Source: Candidatus Latescibacterota bacterium (GTDB taxonomy: Bacteria; Latescibacterota; UBA2968). From it: a stretch of DNA of 64,000 bases. The notes under the pieces are model-generated. The model did no database searches, was not told where the DNA came from, and saw only the letters and a program-made list of their open reading frames with translations. The stretch lies in the NCBI GenBank assembly GCA_965204375.1, contig OZ241986.1:3712001-3776000 (forward strand), read 5' to 3'. Made by a program: the position numbers and the translations under genes. This document shows, one piece after another, positions 59,430 to 64,000 of this stretch. Each line of letters begins with the position of its first letter. Within the stretch, counting starts at the first letter, position 1.

Positions 59430-60883
59430 AAGGAACAAAACCAAACATCTTGTGGATCTGTACAGACCAGCAGCGATATGACACCATTGGCGCACTGGGC
59501 AATCCCCATGTAGATACCCCCAATATCGACCGGCTAATCGCCGAAGGATTTGCATTTACCCATGCATATTGCCAGAGTCCGATTTGCACACCGAGTCGGA
59601 CGAGTTTCTTGACCGGACAATACGCCAGTGCCGTACACGTAAATGGCAATGGCAACTCGCATTTCCCAGACGCGCCACCCCTGGTCACCAAAATACTCGC
59701 AGACAACGGATACGACTGCGGGCTAATCGGCAAATTGCACTTATCGAGCGCGCATGGACGCATAGAAAAAAGAACAGATGACGGATATCGATACTGGCAA
59801 TACAGCCACGCGCCCCGGGACGATTGGGAAACCGGACACGATTATGCCGACTGGGTGCGATCAAAAGGCGAAATCCTGGGCGAACTCATCAAAAGTCCCG
59901 ATGGTGTACCTGCAGAACTGCACCAGACCACGTGGTGTGCGGAAAAAACCATCGAATTTTTGAGCGAACAGCGCGATGGACCCTGGTTGGCCTCTGTGAA
60001 CATCTACGACCCACATCCGCCATTTAACCCGCCCAAAACGTACCGCGAAATGTTTGACTCCGAACAGGTAAACGGTCCCCTATTTCGAGAAAGCGACCTC
60101 GCGCAACAAGAAAAACTGGAAGCCATCGACTTCCAGTCCAAAGGCCGACACCCCGATGAATTGGATATACGAAGCCCCGTAATCCCCAGGACGCCGACGC
60201 GCGGATTGCACGAATCCGAATCAGCCGGAAAACGCGATGCAAAAACACTCATCGCCGCCTATTACGCCATGATCAAATTGATTGACGACCAACTCGGGCG
60301 CATAATTGCCGCACTGGAAGAAACTGGACAGCGCGACAACACATTGATTATCTTCACCAGCGACCACGGCGAAACTCTCGGAGACCATGGACTGATCCAA
60401 AAGGGATGCCGTTTTTACGAAGGACTGGTACGCGTACCACTCATTTTTTCATGGCCGGGTTATGTAAAATCGGACCAAAAAAGCGACGCACTCGTCGAAC
60501 TGCGCGACATAGCCCCCCTCTTATTGGAACTGGCTGGCATAGAAGTACCCGAGCGAATGCAACCGCATTCGCTATCACCCATGCTAAGCGGGGATCACCC
60601 CCCCGACGAACACCGCGATTTTGTGCGCTGTGAATATTACGATGCACTCGATCAAGCCGACGGAACATTTGCCACAATGTATCGCAATCGTCGGTACAAA
60701 CTTGTGGTCTATCACGGACACGGCCTGGGCGAACTCTACGACTTGCAGGAGGATCCAGACGAATTTGGCAATCTGTGGGACAGTCCCGATCATGCAGATG
60801 TAAAACTCGACTTAATGCAACGCAGTTTTGATGCGTCAATGCTCGCAATGGACAGAGGTCCAGAACGCATTGGACCGATGTAA
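59426..60883 (+). CDS. Cys-type sulfatase
   Basis: PNILWICTDQQ, CTPSR, GKLHL, PHPPF, SDHGE. Confidence 0.9.
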   Translation: MKGTKPNILWICTDQQRYDTIGALGNPHVDTPNIDRLIAEGFAFTHAYCQSPICTPSRTSFLTGQYASAVHVNGNGNSHFPDAPPLVTKILADNGYDCGLIGKLHLSSAHGRIEKRTDDGYRYWQYSHAPRDDWETGHDYADWVRSKGEILGELIKSPDGVPAELHQTTWCAEKTIEFLSEQRDGPWLASVNIYDPHPPFNPPKTYREMFDSEQVNGPLFRESDLAQQEKLEAIDFQSKGRHPDELDIRSPVIPRTPTRGLHESESAGKRDAKTLIAAYYAMIKLIDDQLGRIIAALEETGQRDNTLIIFTSDHGETLGDHGLIQKGCRFYEGLVRVPLIFSWPGYVKSDQKSDALVELRDIAPLLLELAGIEVPERMQPHSLSPMLSGDHPPDEHRDFVRCEYYDALDQADGTFATMYRNRRYKLVVYHGHGLGELYDLQEDPDEFGNLWDSPDHADVKLDLMQRSFDASMLAMDRGPERIGPM

Positions 60884-60920
60884 AAACCAGAACTTGTATT
60901 CATCGTCGCGGAGGTATTAC

Positions 60921-61787
60921 ATGGCAAAAAAACCCGTTCAAAAACCAAAAATTAAAATCATGGCAGCAGATTGGTCATTGAGAGATTACCCTTCTCCAAG
61001 AAACCCCTGGACAATTCAGACCAAAGTGCGAAAAGTGAAACAAGCGGGATTTCACGGCATGTCATCCGGGGCTGACCCTGAGTTAGCCGCAGAATTGCAC
61101 AAACAGGGATTGGAAATGGTCGGCGGGGTAGATGTGGGCAGCAAAAAAGAAGCCGACGCAAAAATGAAAGCATTTGCCGACATAGGCGTGGTTCACATCA
61201 ACGTCCAATTGTGCGACCACGACACGCGAACAAAAGACGCGGTAAAAGTCGCGCGAGCAGTCGTAAAAGCCGGAAAAAAGCACAAAGTCACACCCGCAAT
61301 CGAAATCCATCGCGACACATGCACAGAAACACCGGAAAAAGCCTTTGCACTGGCCGATGCATACCGCAAAAAACACAAAAAGAAACTGCGAATGAACTTC
61401 GACCACTCGCACCCGGCAATTATCAAACAACTCCGCCCGCACGAATACTGGGAGCGGCTATCTGAACGCACCGACCTCTTGCAAATGCACGAACTCATCC
61501 ACTTCCGCCCTTTCACAGGCAGCCATTGTCAGACCCCCGTAACAAATGGCAAAGGGCGACTGGATCGCGATTTCAAAATCTGGCTGACGAATTACCTCGA
61601 ACCCGCCCTCGAAGCGTGGATACAGGGCGCGAAACCGGGCAAAACACTCCACATCGTACCCGAACTGGGACCACAAGGCTCTGGATACGCGCTTGCCTGT
61701 TTCCCCGACATCTGGGAGGATGCTATCCGGGAAAAGAACGAGATTATAAAGGTCTGGCGTCGGTTGATGAGAAATTGGAACAAGTAA
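60921..61787 (+). CDS. Xylose-isomerase-like TIM-barrel protein
   Basis: EIHRDTCTE, FDHSH, PELGP..SGY; GGAGG RBS. Confidence 0.75.
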   Translation: MAKKPVQKPKIKIMAADWSLRDYPSPRNPWTIQTKVRKVKQAGFHGMSSGADPELAAELHKQGLEMVGGVDVGSKKEADAKMKAFADIGVVHINVQLCDHDTRTKDAVKVARAVVKAGKKHKVTPAIEIHRDTCTETPEKAFALADAYRKKHKKKLRMNFDHSHPAIIKQLRPHEYWERLSERTDLLQMHELIHFRPFTGSHCQTPVTNGKGRLDRDFKIWLTNYLEPALEAWIQGAKPGKTLHIVPELGPQGSGYALACFPDIWEDAIREKNEIIKVWRRLMRNWNK

Positions 61788-61800
61788 ATGGAGATATAAC

Positions 61801-62586
61801 ATGTCAAATCGCAATGGACAAATCTTGATCGGCTCCATATTGTTGGACCTCAATCGCTGGGGCGATCCCAAAACACCGACCTACGAAGTAAGCGACTGGA
61901 CAGACCGATTTCGGAAAGCCGGATTCGACGGAATGGAACTGTGGGAATATCACGCCACATTGTGTTCAGACGCCGAACGCGAAAAATTGCTATCCTCTAA
62001 TTTCCCCGCAACAATCTACAATACCTATTGCGACTTCGACGACAACTCTGCCGATGCGCGCCAACACGCGGCAGAAATGATCGGCCTATTCGGATCAGCC
62101 GGTGTGAAATTCAACGTGGGAAAAGACCCTGCCCTGCGCGAAACCTATTTGAACAACCTGCGCGCCTGGCGCGAACAAGTCCCACAAACCTGTACATTGC
62201 TCTGCGAATGCCACCCCGGCACAATTGTAGAAGATCCCCATGCAGCCAGAGCATTCTTTGACGGTCTAAGCATCGAAGGCTGGGAAATCATCGTACACTG
62301 CTTCATCCCCGAGATGGACATCTTAAAGCGATGGTTTGATCTCTTTGGTCCCAAAGTCACCCACGCCCACACGCAATTGCGCGACGAAAACAGCAATGTC
62401 CAGTTGCTTCACGACCATCCCGAACGCGCTCAAACGGCATTGGACCTCATGGCCGAATACAAATTCACCGGCTCCATCACTGTCGAATTCGCCAAAGGAA
62501 CGCGCGAACCCGGCGAAAACATGGACGACCTCTGGGCAGCGGCAAAGGCCGATCTGTCATTTTTACGTAGTAAATCCCAACCTTGA
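61801..62586 (+). CDS. Sugar phosphate isomerase/epimerase-like TIM-barrel protein
   Basis: AGFDGMELWE, CECHPGT, HAH.Q, TVEF. Confidence 0.72.
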   Translation: MSNRNGQILIGSILLDLNRWGDPKTPTYEVSDWTDRFRKAGFDGMELWEYHATLCSDAEREKLLSSNFPATIYNTYCDFDDNSADARQHAAEMIGLFGSAGVKFNVGKDPALRETYLNNLRAWREQVPQTCTLLCECHPGTIVEDPHAARAFFDGLSIEGWEIIVHCFIPEMDILKRWFDLFGPKVTHAHTQLRDENSNVQLLHDHPERAQTALDLMAEYKFTGSITVEFAKGTREPGENMDDLWAAAKADLSFLRSKSQP

Positions 62587-62598
62587 ACGGAGTAATAA

Positions 62599-63882
62599 AT
62601 GGCAAAAAAAGTAACAATAGCATTGATTGGCGCCGGGATGTTTGGCGGCGATATTCACGTCCGGGCGTTTGCGGATCTGCAGCGCAACGGCATCAGTGGC
62701 CTGATGGGACGAGTCGGACTCGACGCCTGGGCGCGCGACCTTGCAGACATCGAATTTGATCTGGTAGCAGTAGCCACGCGCAGCGAAGCATCCGCCCAGC
62801 GCGCAAAAGCCAACTTTGAGCAATGGACCGGACACGCGCCCGCACCCTACTGGGGTGAAACCCCCTGGGAAGATGTATTGCGCGACTTTCCAGACCTCGA
62901 CGTAATGGCCGTCGCCACACCAGACAACCTGCACACGCCCGTGGTCCTCGCAGCGCTGAACAACGGCACCCATGTCATCACCGAAAAACCAATGTGTTTA
63001 TCGGTCCACGAAGCCGACGAAATGATCGAACTCGCCAATAAAAAAGGACTGGTATGTGCGGTAGATATGCACAAACGCTATGACCCGGATCACATGCGCA
63101 TCGAGCACGACATCGCCAATCGCATCGGCGACCCCATTTACGGACTCGCCATGCTGGAAGAACCCCTCGAAGTATCCACCAGCATATTTAAGTGGGCAGA
63201 AGAAAGCGACCCCTTCTCCTACGTGGGACCCCACTGGGTCGATCTATTTTACAACTACTACCGCAGCAAACCCGTATCCCTCACAGCCGTAGGACAAAAA
63301 AAACGCCTCGTACGCGACGGGATCGATGCTTATGATGCCGTCCAGGTCCGCGTAGATTTCGACAACGGCATGAGCATTTACTTCCACAACAACTGGATCA
63401 CACCCGATGACTTTGAAGGACCCGTCAACCAGGGACACGAAATAGTCGGCACCGACGGCAAAGTGGAATCCGACCAGCAATATCGCGGATTTCGCTTCTG
63501 GTACGCAGACGGCGGCAGCCAGAGTTCAAACAACCACTTCACGCGCAATGTCAAACGTCCCGACGGCTCAGAAGTCTATGTGGGATATGGCACAGACAGC
63601 ATCATCGTAGCACTCGTCGCAATATGTCGCATCGAATTCTTGGGCGAAACCCTATCAGACGTAAAAGAAATCTATCCCACCGCTGAAGACGGGCGGATCA
63701 CAACGGCAATCGTAGATGCCGCGCGCATCGTCCGCGATCGCAATTTTGAATACATGCGCGAAGGCAAAGGCGCCACAGTCACAGCGCAATTCGGCACAGA
63801 CGGCATCACCATTGTCGATCCCAACCGCGCATCTGACGGACCCGACGCAGTATTTGAAAAAATATACGATAGGCCAGTGTGA
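62599..63882 (+). CDS. Gfo/Idh/MocA family oxidoreductase
   Basis: IGAGMFG, VATPDNLH, TEKPM, DMHKRYDP. Confidence 0.88.
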   Translation: MAKKVTIALIGAGMFGGDIHVRAFADLQRNGISGLMGRVGLDAWARDLADIEFDLVAVATRSEASAQRAKANFEQWTGHAPAPYWGETPWEDVLRDFPDLDVMAVATPDNLHTPVVLAALNNGTHVITEKPMCLSVHEADEMIELANKKGLVCAVDMHKRYDPDHMRIEHDIANRIGDPIYGLAMLEEPLEVSTSIFKWAEESDPFSYVGPHWVDLFYNYYRSKPVSLTAVGQKKRLVRDGIDAYDAVQVRVDFDNGMSIYFHNNWITPDDFEGPVNQGHEIVGTDGKVESDQQYRGFRFWYADGGSQSSNNHFTRNVKRPDGSEVYVGYGTDSIIVALVAICRIEFLGETLSDVKEIYPTAEDGRITTAIVDAARIVRDRNFEYMREGKGATVTAQFGTDGITIVDPNRASDGPDAVFEKIYDRPV

Positions 63883-64000
63883 TCCGCAGATGAACGCAGA
63901 TGAACGCAGATGAAAAAGAGGGGCTGGGGATCAGAAGTATGAAGTGTGAAGTGGAGTGGTGGAAGGGTGGCATCCTGTAAATCCTTTAATCTGGGAAATC
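63882..64000. repeat. Cluster of three short-period repeat families at the window end
   Basis: ATCCGCAGATGAACGCAGATGAACGCAGAT; AGTATGAAGTGTGAAGTG; CATCCTGTAAATCCTTTAATC. Confidence 0.7.

Overview
A 64-kb bacterial window dominated by catabolic genes: 4 Cys-type sulfatases, 3 PhyH-type dioxygenases, 3 amidohydrolases, 2 ceramidase-like amidases, Gfo/Idh/MocA oxidoreductases, TIM-barrel isomerases, split aconitase X, a LarA homolog and 2 HAD dehalogenases. A few core genes are also present (proA, pckA, a PurO-type IMP cyclohydrolase, an M16 protease). The gene repertoire (EF-hand/dockerin-tagged enzyme, DUF6785/6784-like membrane proteins, GWxTD-like protein, TonB receptor-PorV module, Sel1 protein) suggests an FCB-superphylum organism such as Latescibacterota, possibly a marine invertebrate symbiont; this is inference. 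Two accessory blocks stand out. (1) A ~17.2-kb cassette (9290-26440), bounded by 25/29-bp direct repeats of a gene 3' end, encodes a non-SusCD uptake/secretion module: OM barrel, TonB receptor, cargo with a T9SS-like C-terminal domain, PorV-like barrel, two DUF6785-like permeases, a sulfatase, a PhyH enzyme and a GWxTD-like protein. Its barrel-receptor operon has a long leader overlapped by a candidate antisense sRNA. (2) An AT-richer mobile patch (47.7-54 kb) holds an orphan antitoxin, an Rpn-like gene, a collapsed duplicate of the neighbouring amidase locus, an IS256 remnant, a Sel1 gene cleanly split by an IS, a peptidase remnant and a PIN toxin pair. No rRNA, tRNA or CRISPR array was recognised. 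Family names come from motif recognition, not database searches.
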